Source: Alphaproteobacteria bacterium
GTDB taxonomy: Bacteria; Pseudomonadota; Alphaproteobacteria; JAJTHO01; CANGXP01
Direction: 5' to 3'
Length of the DNA stretch: 64,000 bases
Assembly (NCBI GenBank): GCA_947457935.1
Contig: CANGXP010000004.1
Span: 5,617 to 69,616, forward strand
Made by a program: the position numbers and the translations under genes. Shown here one piece after another: positions 53,484-61,302 of this stretch. Position 1 is the first letter of the stretch; the number at the start of each line of letters is the position of its first letter. The notes beneath the pieces are model-generated. The model made no database searches. It worked only from the letters and a program-made list of their open reading frames with translations, and was not told where the DNA came from.

Positions 53484-56012
53484 CTACTTTTTAACCACCT
53501 TTTTCTTTGCAGCAGGTTTCTTCGCAGCGGTTTTTCTCGCCCCCGCCTTTTTCTTAGGCGGCTTCGCAAACACTAGCATCTCTAACGCTTGCTCCAGCGT
53601 GGCGTTGGCGGGGTCGAAATTTTTCGGGGCAGCGATTTTGGTTTTGTTATGAATAATCATATAGCCAAAGCGGCTTTTGAAGGCTTTGACTTCCGCGCCA
53701 TCCTTGGGGTGTAGCCCTAAAACGGTGGTGCGTTCTTTGTTTTTTATAATTGAGGTGGCAATGAGATCGGTAGCGCGATTGAGTCCTACTGTGTAGACAT
53801 CATCCTCTTTGCCAAGGTTAGCAAAGGTTTCACCCATTTTTAGATATGCACCAAACATGCCGATGTTCGCAATAATCATTTGCCCTGTATCGGCGTAAAT
53901 CCCGACGTCTCGGGGCAAAATCAGTAATTTTTCCGCTTGTTCAAACGTGATAGTTTCGGGCTTCAAACCCTTAGTAAGTGAGGCTCTGCGCGGTTTTTCT
54001 CCTTCAGGCGGTTCGCCTGCCTGCACGTAAAACCCGTAAGGCCCTTTCTTTACAACGATTTCACGCCCTTCTTTATCAACACCGAGCAATCTATCCCCGT
54101 TCGCGGTCATCTCGCCACTCGGCACAGTGCCTGCGCCAAGGGGGCGGGTGAACTTGCACTCAGGATAATTATTGCAACCGATGAAAGCCCCGAATTTGCT
54201 GAGTTTCAGCCCTAATTTTCCTGTTGAACAGGCCCTACATTGATTGCTTCCATCAGGGAATAATAGCCGTTCGAGTTTTTTGTTTAACTCATCAATAACA
54301 TCAGTAATTTTCAGATCATTGGTGCCTTGAATAGCGGCATTAAAATCTTGCCAAAAGGCACGGAGAACCGCTTGCCAGTTTATTTTCCCGTCGGCAATAT
54401 CATCCAGTTTTTCTTCTAAATCTGCCGTAAAGCCATACTGCACATAGCGTTCAAAGAAACTTTCTAAGAAGCTGGTAACGATGCGTCCTCTGTCTTCAGG
54501 GATAAATCTTTTTGCCTCCAAACGCACGTATTCCCTGTCTTTCAGCACTTGAAGAATGGATGCGTAGGTAGACGGGCGACCAATGCCCAACTCTTCCATT
54601 TTTTTCACCAAACTCGCCTCCGAATAACGGGGTGGCGGCTGTGTAAAGTGTTGTTCTGGCAGGATTTTTTTTAGGTCTAACGCTTCCCCCACCACAACTT
54701 CAGGGAGTTTCTTGCTGTTCTCGTCTTCTGTGTCCTCGTCATCGTCGGTATCTTCAATATACAGCTTCAAAAAGCCGTCAAACTTAATCACAGAGCCATT
54801 TGCGCCGAAAACATGCTTATCATCTGCGGAGGCAATATCAACCGCCACCGTGTCCATGATCGCGCTTTCCATCTGACACGCAAGGGTACGCTTCCAAATC
54901 AAGTCATACAGCCCGAGATGTTGTTTATCGAGGTCGCCTGAAAGTTGCACAGGCGCGCGGAATAAATCGGTTGGACGGATGGCTTCGTGCGCCTCTTGGG
55001 CGTTTTTTGCCTTGCTTTTATAGACACGCGGGGAATTTGGTACATATTTTTCGCCGAACTCTTGCCCGATATAGCGACGTGCCGCAGCAATCGCTTCCCC
55101 TGCCAGCGTCACCCCATCCGTTCGCATATAGGTAATAAGCCCGCGCTCATAGAGCGTTTGCGCTACTTTCATGGTGTTTGAGGCAGAAAGCCCGAGTTTG
55201 CGCGAGGCTTCTTGCTGCAAGGTGGAGGTGATAAACGGCGGGAACGGATGCCGCTTGACCTCTTTTTTATCCACTTTTTTGACGCTGTACGCCAAGCCCT
55301 GCAAAGCTTTCACGGCATTTTCTGTGAGGTCTTTATTGGGCAGACTGAATTTTTCTAGTTTTTTGCCGTCTAATACCTTGAGGCGGGCAGGCAACATTTT
55401 GCTATTGGCTTTGAAAAAATGCCCGTCAATCGTCCAGTATTCCTCAACAATAAACTGCTCGATTTCCTGCTCCCGCTCACAAATGAGGCGCAAGGCAACC
55501 GATTGCACGCGCCCCGCCGATTTACTGCCCGGTAATTTCCGCCACAACACAGGGGACAGGGTGAAGCCCACGAGATAATCGAGCGCACGGCGCGCAAGGT
55601 AGGCTTCCACCAACTCTTGATTCACATCACGGGGATGCTTCATCGCCTCGACAATCGCGCCTTTGGTGATTTCATTAAACACAATGCGTTTGACGGGCTT
55701 GCCGCTGCTCGCTTTATTTTTCGCCAGAATTTCTTGGAGATGCCATGAAATGGCTTCGCCCTCACGATCAGGGTCAGTCGCCAAGAATAATCTATCGGCT
55801 TTTTTCACCATCTGGGTGATTTCCGCGATGCGCTTTTTGGCGCGGTCGTCCACCTCCCACAGCATCGCAAAATTATTATCAGGATCTACCGAGCCGTTTT
55901 TCGATGGCAAATCGCGAACGTGCCCGAAACTTGCTGTCACCTCATAATCACCCCCTAAATACTTCTGGATGGTTTTTGCTTTGGCGGGCGATTCAACGAT
56001 GACAAGTTGCAT
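53484..56012 (-). CDS. topA: DNA topoisomerase I
   Basis: IVESPAKAK, ATDPDREGE, SAGRVQS, ITYMRTD, Zn ribbon, C-terminal repeats. Confidence 0.99.
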   Translation of the reverse strand: MQLVIVESPAKAKTIQKYLGGDYEVTASFGHVRDLPSKNGSVDPDNNFAMLWEVDDRAKKRIAEITQMVKKADRLFLATDPDREGEAISWHLQEILAKNKASSGKPVKRIVFNEITKGAIVEAMKHPRDVNQELVEAYLARRALDYLVGFTLSPVLWRKLPGSKSAGRVQSVALRLICEREQEIEQFIVEEYWTIDGHFFKANSKMLPARLKVLDGKKLEKFSLPNKDLTENAVKALQGLAYSVKKVDKKEVKRHPFPPFITSTLQQEASRKLGLSASNTMKVAQTLYERGLITYMRTDGVTLAGEAIAAARRYIGQEFGEKYVPNSPRVYKSKAKNAQEAHEAIRPTDLFRAPVQLSGDLDKQHLGLYDLIWKRTLACQMESAIMDTVAVDIASADDKHVFGANGSVIKFDGFLKLYIEDTDDDEDTEDENSKKLPEVVVGEALDLKKILPEQHFTQPPPRYSEASLVKKMEELGIGRPSTYASILQVLKDREYVRLEAKRFIPEDRGRIVTSFLESFFERYVQYGFTADLEEKLDDIADGKINWQAVLRAFWQDFNAAIQGTNDLKITDVIDELNKKLERLLFPDGSNQCRACSTGKLGLKLSKFGAFIGCNNYPECKFTRPLGAGTVPSGEMTANGDRLLGVDKEGREIVVKKGPYGFYVQAGEPPEGEKPRRASLTKGLKPETITFEQAEKLLILPRDVGIYADTGQMIIANIGMFGAYLKMGETFANLGKEDDVYTVGLNRATDLIATSIIKNKERTTVLGLHPKDGAEVKAFKSRFGYMIIHNKTKIAAPKNFDPANATLEQALEMLVFAKPPKKKAGARKTAAKKPAAKKKVVKK

Positions 56013-56050
56013 GGGAAGGAGGGGTAAGGGTTAGGGGGTAAGGGCTAAGG
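56013..56050. repeat. Heptamer tandem (CTTACCC-type), single arm, directly before the topA ATG
   Basis: Minus strand: cttagcc cttaccc cctaacc cttaccc ctccttc cc ATG. Confidence 0.7.
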
Positions 56051-56109
56051 TTGAGTATCCTTAACGGAGGGTTGCTGTTCGTGCAAGGATTAAAGGGGGC
56101 GTATCAAGC

Positions 56110-56424
56110 TCAGTTTCCATTGCCATTATCATATTGCACCATACGATGCACACTCGGAAATCCGATAATCTCAATCGTTTTGATCTCTTTGTAAACACGA
56201 TATGCAACCATATTTCCCTTGTAACGGCGCATACGCACACCCTGACCGCAATCTTCCCGCAAAGGAGACGCAAACGGCGCAACGGCTATTTCCTTCACAA
56301 CGGCACGCAAGGCACGCGCATAGTGTGCAGCGTGGCGTTTTCCCCAGAAAGAAGCAGAATACTCAATTTCTCGTTTAAACTCTGCCTCCGCATTTTCAAG
56401 AATAATGAGGCGATACGGGGTCAT
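56110..56424 (-). CDS. ParE/RelE-family toxin
   Basis: YRL....AE.E...I.YS...WG..HA..Y, GVR, VAYRV; coupled to an upstream antitoxin. Confidence 0.8.
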   Translation of the reverse strand: MTPYRLIILENAEAEFKREIEYSASFWGKRHAAHYARALRAVVKEIAVAPFASPLREDCGQGVRMRRYKGNMVAYRVYKEIKTIEIIGFPSVHRMVQYDNGNGN

Positions 56425-56678
56425 TCGGGCATTGCCTCAATCTGCTTATCCATTTCATCAAAAAATGCGTCTGCATCCCGAAACTTAGCTTTGCCGCTCT
56501 CTATCAACGCCACACGGCGGCGCATTTCCGCTGCAATCCATGCGGGTTCTTCTTGAGGCGCAAAAAAACGACGCAACGCTTCACGCACCACTTCGCTTGC
56601 TGTGCCATACATGCCTTTAGCAACCTCTTCTTGCACCAGTTTTTCCAAACCATCGGGCAATGAAACATGCAACGCCAT
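56421..56678 (-). CDS. ParD-like RHH antitoxin
   Basis: HVSLPDGLE..V...V..G.YGTASEVVREALR. Confidence 0.85.
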   Translation of the reverse strand: MALHVSLPDGLEKLVQEEVAKGMYGTASEVVREALRRFFAPQEEPAWIAAEMRRRVALIESGKAKFRDADAFFDEMDKQIEAMPE

Positions 56679-56699
56679 CTGAATACTCTCTCAATATGC

Positions 56700-56722
56700 C
56701 TCAGAATATCTCATAATCTGAG
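56700..56722. promoter_or_regulatory. Probable TA operator palindrome
   Basis: CTCAGAaTAT-ctc-ATAaTCTGAG just upstream of the antitoxin. Confidence 0.5.
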
Positions 56723-56746
56723 CAAAAATGCAAGGATTTGTAGAGT

Positions 56747-57856
56747 TTAATAAACCCGTACCACGGTATTCCCCGTCACCCGCTCCACGCGCCCTGCTAA
56801 TTCCAGTTCCAACAGCACAGCATGACACAAAGAGGGGGGCAAGTTCGCCATGCGAATCAGAAAATCGATGGCAAACGGGGTGGTGGTGAGGAGATTAATA
56901 ATTGCCTCCCGCGCCGCATTAAGCTCAGCCGCCTCAAACTGCGGAATATTGCCTGTTAGCGGGGGCGTGGTGGATTCTTTGAGCAAGCTGGGGTGTTGCT
57001 GTAACACAGCCAATACATCGGCGGCGGATTCCAGCAACGTTGCCCCCTCTTTTAGCAATTTGTTGGTGCCTGTGCAGCGTGGATCAAGGGGCGATCCGGG
57101 GACGGAGAATACCTCGCGTCCCTGTTCTGCCGCAAGCCGTGCAGTAATCAGCGAGCCAGATTTGAGGGTTGCTTCCACCACCACCAACGCTTCAGCAATG
57201 CCGCTGATAATACGGTTACGGCGGGGGAAATGCCGTGCTTGCGGCACGCTGCCTAACGGATTTTCAGAAACAACACAGCCATGGCTGATAATTTTCTCAT
57301 ATAACGCTTTGTTTTCAGGCGGATAGATGTGATCAACACCGCCTGCTACCACGGCAATAGTGCCTGTGGTGAGGCTCCCCTCATGGGCTGCGGTATCAAT
57401 CCCCCGTGCCAGTCCTGAGACAACCGCAAAGCCCTTTTTACCCAGATCTATCGCGATCGTTTTGGCAAAGCGTTGTCCGTTGCCTGAGGCATTCCGCGAC
57501 CCCACCAACGCTACACTACGCTGTTGCAACGTTTTCACATTCCCCAACGCAAATAATAGCGGCGGGGTGTCATCAATATGTCGCAATAACGGGGGATAGT
57601 CTGGTTCAACTGATGCGATCAACGCAACACCCGCTGCCACGCACGCGTCAAGCTCTTTTTCCGCACTCGCTTTAGAGGGCACGTTGAGGGGCTTTGTGCG
57701 CCCACCCCGTGCCGCCAGCATGGGTATTGCTTCTAATGCCGCAACAGCACTGCCGAATTGCCGCAATAACGCGGCAAAGGTTATGTTGCCCACATTCTCG
57801 GTGCGAATGAGCCGCAACCATGCCAGTTTTTCATGCGATGAGAGGGAAGATGACAT
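56747..57856 (-). CDS. dprA: DNA-processing protein DprA
   Basis: VGSRNAS, VSGLARGID.AAH, FPRRNRIISG, SGSLITA. Confidence 0.96.
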   Translation of the reverse strand: MSSSLSSHEKLAWLRLIRTENVGNITFAALLRQFGSAVAALEAIPMLAARGGRTKPLNVPSKASAEKELDACVAAGVALIASVEPDYPPLLRHIDDTPPLLFALGNVKTLQQRSVALVGSRNASGNGQRFAKTIAIDLGKKGFAVVSGLARGIDTAAHEGSLTTGTIAVVAGGVDHIYPPENKALYEKIISHGCVVSENPLGSVPQARHFPRRNRIISGIAEALVVVEATLKSGSLITARLAAEQGREVFSVPGSPLDPRCTGTNKLLKEGATLLESAADVLAVLQQHPSLLKESTTPPLTGNIPQFEAAELNAAREAIINLLTTTPFAIDFLIRMANLPPSLCHAVLLELELAGRVERVTGNTVVRVY

Positions 57857-57892
57857 TGTTCTAAGCGCTCTCAAAAGGGAGAAAAAAAGAAA

Positions 57893-57979
57893 CTGGACCC
57901 CTGCCTACGCAGGGGATTCGATGCGTTTCTGCATACTCACAGCGAATCTCTTGCGTAGGCAGGAGTCCAGAAATTCTTT
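57893..57979. repeat. REP-like doublet (class C)
   Basis: ctggacccctgcctacgcaggggattcg ... cgaatctcttgcgtaggcaggagtccagaaattcttt. Confidence 0.85.
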
Positions 57980-58018
57980 GGATTGCTAACCAGAATATTA
58001 AACAACGAAATTTTATCA

Positions 58019-58594
58019 TCATTTCTTTCCAAACTTAGGCTCGGTGCGGGTGAGTAGCCGCTTGATATTGTCCTTGTGTCGCCAAACAATCAAGCCGCTG
58101 ATAGCACTGCTGAGGAAGCCTTGCAGCACACCTGCCATCACGAACGCTAACAACGGCAGCACCGCAAACGCTGTGAGCGCAGACAGCGAGGAATAGCGCG
58201 TTTTATAAAACACGCCCGCCCATATCGCACAAGCGATAATACCCAACGGGGGGTTGAGTGCAAGCCAAATTCCTAAACCCGTTGCAACGCCTTTTCCCCC
58301 TTTAAATTTCAACCAAACAGGGAACGTGTGCCCCAACAACGCGCAGAATCCTGCAAGAGCGGGCAAAAGAGCATTTTCAGGATAGAGATTTTGGGCAATC
58401 AGTACGGCGGCTGCCCCTTTCGCACCATCTAATAACAACGTCAATAGCGCGAGCTTTTTATTGCCCGTTCGTAACACATTCGTTGCGCCAATGTTCCCAG
58501 AGCCAACGTTGCGAATATCGCCATAGCCTGCTAGTTTGCTGAGCAGTAAGCCAAAGGGGATGGTGCCGAGGAGGTAGGAGAGGAGGAGGATCAT
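58019..58594 (-). CDS. plsY: Glycerol-3-phosphate acyltransferase
   Basis: GSGNIGATNVLR, GH.FP...F.GGKGVAT, RH..NI.RL. Confidence 0.96.
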   Translation of the reverse strand: MILLLSYLLGTIPFGLLLSKLAGYGDIRNVGSGNIGATNVLRTGNKKLALLTLLLDGAKGAAAVLIAQNLYPENALLPALAGFCALLGHTFPVWLKFKGGKGVATGLGIWLALNPPLGIIACAIWAGVFYKTRYSSLSALTAFAVLPLLAFVMAGVLQGFLSSAISGLIVWRHKDNIKRLLTRTEPKFGKK

Positions 58595-58604
58595 AAAGTT
58601 TATT

Positions 58605-58669
58605 AGGCAAGCGTTGGGAGGCGAGAGTTTAGAGCTTTTCTATTGCCTCCCGCCTCCCAACTCTTGCCT
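58605..58669. repeat. Heptamer-tandem hairpin between hemJ and plsY
   Basis: aggcaag cgttggg aggcgag ag ... cctcccg cctccca actcttg cct. Confidence 0.8.
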
Positions 58670-58673
58670 TTTC

Positions 58674-59114
58674 TTAAAAGGGTTTAACAACCGCCAACAA
58701 CACAATCGCAATCATCAACACCGTGGGGACTTCATTGATAATTTTATAAAATTTGGGGGAACGGGTATTTTTATCGTTTTCAAAATCCTTGCGACACACA
58801 GCAAGGAATCCATGCAGCCCTGCCATACCCAACACCAGCAGTAACTTAACATGTATCCAGCCTTGCTTCATTAACTCTGGCATGAATAACAACAACCCGC
58901 CCAGCAAAAAGGTGAGAATCATCGCAGGGTTCATGATGATACGGAGGAGGCGGCGTTCCATTATTTTGAAAAGTTCCGACGTTTCAGAGCCTTTTGCTAC
59001 ACCTGCATGATACGCATAAAGACGCGGCAAGTAGAACAATCCCGCCATCCATGAAATCACGGCAATGAGATGCAATGCCTTAATAAGAGCATAATTATTG
59101 ATAACGAATTTCAT
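58674..59114 (-). CDS. hemJ: Protoporphyrinogen oxidase HemJ
   Basis: KALH.IAVISWMAGLFYLPRL..YH, MERRLLRIIMNPA, NEVPT. Confidence 0.95.
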   Translation of the reverse strand: MKFVINNYALIKALHLIAVISWMAGLFYLPRLYAYHAGVAKGSETSELFKIMERRLLRIIMNPAMILTFLLGGLLLFMPELMKQGWIHVKLLLVLGMAGLHGFLAVCRKDFENDKNTRSPKFYKIINEVPTVLMIAIVLLAVVKPF

Positions 59115-59115
59115 T

Positions 59116-59262
59116 AGACCTCTTGCAAAAGTCGCTAGGACGCTAGCGAAAATGGTTGTTTTCTGAGCATCGTAGCGCAGTTGACTTTTTTGTCAATGAG
59201 CAACGAAGCGGAAGGAAATCAGACATTTGCAGCAAGTCATAGTAGACTTTGGCAACAGGTCT
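59116..59262. mobile_element. RPE-like palindromic element, subfamily B3
   Basis: 147 bp; 16/18 terminal IR AGACCTCTTGCAAAAGTC/GACTTTGGCAACAGGTCT; fills the pgsA-hemJ gap. Confidence 0.85.
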
Positions 59263-59263
59263 G

Positions 59264-59815
59264 TTAGAACGCCCCTTGATGCTTAGCCGCACGCCAATAA
59301 TCAACAGCGGTTATCACCGTTAAGACAGAAGCCACAATCAGGGAAATTTGCGCGAGAATATAGAGATAGCTGGTTTGCCCCTGTTCGGCATAACTGAGCA
59401 ACAGTAACAACAATGCCGCAAACTGCGCCGTTGTTTTTCCTTTTGCCAGCATGGTTACGGGGAGTGAAATTTGCTGCCCTGCTGTAAATTCTCGCAAACC
59501 TGACATAAAAATTTCGCGGCAAATAATAACCACCGCTGCAATCACCGCGAAAACATTAAGAAACCCTGCATTAATGAGCAACATAAGGGTAACTGCCACA
59601 AGCAATTTATCGGCAATGGGGTCTAACATCCGCCCAAACGCTGTTTCTTGATTAAATTGACGCGCAACGTAGCCATCAAAAAAATCGGTAACCGAGGCTA
59701 TCAGAAAAATAGTGAGAATCGCCCAGCGTGCATCGTCAAACGGCACAAAAAAGAGCACCGCCACAATCGGCACCATCACGATACGAGAGAGGGTAAGGAT
59801 ATTTGCGAAATTCAT
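59264..59815 (-). CDS. pgsA: CDP-diacylglycerol-glycerol-3-phosphate phosphatidyltransferase
   Basis: N.LT.SRI, TDFFDGYVAR, FG..LDPIADK. Confidence 0.95.
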   Translation of the reverse strand: MNFANILTLSRIVMVPIVAVLFFVPFDDARWAILTIFLIASVTDFFDGYVARQFNQETAFGRMLDPIADKLLVAVTLMLLINAGFLNVFAVIAAVVIICREIFMSGLREFTAGQQISLPVTMLAKGKTTAQFAALLLLLLSYAEQGQTSYLYILAQISLIVASVLTVITAVDYWRAAKHQGAF

Positions 59816-59842
59816 TGGGCAAGAATAGCCTTGCCGTTTTAA

Positions 59843-60364
59843 CTATGCAATAGCACTCTTCAAAAACCCGAACAGATCTTCAAGGAAACTTTTGGTTTCT
59901 TCCGCTCGCTCTTTTGAGCCAAGCTGCATGTCTGCCAGTTTCTTGCCACGGTCGAGAATAGGCTGCACTTTTTCGCCGCCAATATCATCCGCCACCATTT
60001 GTGCTGCTGTAATAACCGCGCCCACGCTGTGGAATTTTGGATCTTTTTCGAAATCCAACGTGCCTCTGTCTGCCATATTTTCTGCTATCAGCATGAGATA
60101 CTCCGTGTCACCCTCAAGTTGATAGTCCAGCGCACCATTATCAATCTGCTCATCGTTAATGCTGAGGGTAATTTGCTTGGCTTTGATGCCTTCTGCCGCA
60201 ATGCGCGTTGCAAGCTCAATCAACTGCCCCATTTCCATCACGTCCATGGCGGCGGCGGCCACTTGGATTTGATTCATTTGGGTTGATACGTCTTCCAACT
60301 GCTCTAGGGTGAGAACTTTCAACGCATGCGCTGTAACTTTTGAAACTGAAAGAGATGTCGTCAT
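59843..60364 (-). CDS. Hypothetical acidic helical protein
   Basis: 173-aa ORF; no recognised family. Confidence 0.65.
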   Translation of the reverse strand: MTTSLSVSKVTAHALKVLTLEQLEDVSTQMNQIQVAAAAMDVMEMGQLIELATRIAAEGIKAKQITLSINDEQIDNGALDYQLEGDTEYLMLIAENMADRGTLDFEKDPKFHSVGAVITAAQMVADDIGGEKVQPILDRGKKLADMQLGSKERAEETKSFLEDLFGFLKSAIA

Positions 60365-60410
60365 TTTTTGTCATCCATTGTGATAAAAACAATATTATGC
60401 CAGCAAAGCA

Positions 60411-60426
60411 TTAACAAACTATTAAC
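60411..60426. promoter_or_regulatory. CtrA-binding consensus
   Basis: TTAA-CAAACTA-TTAAC, exact TTAA-N7-TTAAC, in a divergent intergenic region. Confidence 0.6.
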
Positions 60427-60448
60427 TACTTTTGATTAATAGTACAAT

Positions 60449-61300
60449 ATGTTTAATGCGGAACGCTATCGCCGTGACAGCTATTTTAATGCAGATAAAA
60501 ACACTGCAGATGCCGTTGTGCCTGAAAAGCAACGAACAACTCCTCTTCAAAGGCTTCATCTTGCCGTGAAGTTTTTTTTAGGCTGCGTCATCCTGCTGCT
60601 GCTCATCATCGGCGGTAAAATTACTGTCACAACAATCGACTATTATGCGTTTGGTAATCAAGAAAAAATCTATCTGCTACGAAAAGTATCAGCGTTGTTT
60701 TCACAAGACTATGAAAAAATCGAAGCCAAATCCACTTCTGTTGAAATAGGCGTAACCCGCCTTAATATTCCTGCCGCCTATATTATTTTCAACAAACCAC
60801 ACATTTTACCCCACTATCGCACTACCACGATGGAACTGTTATGGCGCACAGGAGATTCAGTTGCACCCCGTCACAGCCTACTTAATCTTGTGAAATGGCA
60901 AAATGATATCGCGTGGGTGCAGGTAAGCGCGATACCTGACGGGGACGAGTTTAACCAGCAAAAACGAATCCTTATCGACGACATTGCAATATCCCCGCAA
61001 TCACCCCTTAAAGAGGGAAAAAACTTGTTTGCGTCAAAAAGCAACAGCGCGTTCGATTACACAATTTTTTATAAAAAAGGGGAAATACCCACCTTATTCA
61101 AATGTGAAAAATCCCTTACTTTCCTCAAAAACTCGACATGCTCGGCGCACCTTATTTACAAAGACACGCTGTTATTAACATACACTGTTGCGCGCGATAC
61201 CCTTGACGAGTCGGAAACAATTACAAAAACTCTCAATAGCTTTTTCGCAAAGCATGAAGAAATTGAAAAACCAGCAGAAACTGTTGCGGTAGAGAAGTAA
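60449..61300 (+). CDS. Hypothetical single-TM protein with a periplasmic Cys pair
   Basis: 283-aa ORF; TM near aa 40-58; no recognised family. Confidence 0.65.
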   Translation: MFNAERYRRDSYFNADKNTADAVVPEKQRTTPLQRLHLAVKFFLGCVILLLLIIGGKITVTTIDYYAFGNQEKIYLLRKVSALFSQDYEKIEAKSTSVEIGVTRLNIPAAYIIFNKPHILPHYRTTTMELLWRTGDSVAPRHSLLNLVKWQNDIAWVQVSAIPDGDEFNQQKRILIDDIAISPQSPLKEGKNLFASKSNSAFDYTIFYKKGEIPTLFKCEKSLTFLKNSTCSAHLIYKDTLLLTYTVARDTLDESETITKTLNSFFAKHEEIEKPAETVAVEK

Positions 61301-61302
61301 AA

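Noticed and set aside
8524-59262. Integron attC cassette array
   Set aside because: Palindromes lack consistent RYYYAAC/GTTRRRY ends, flank core genes, and no integrase is present
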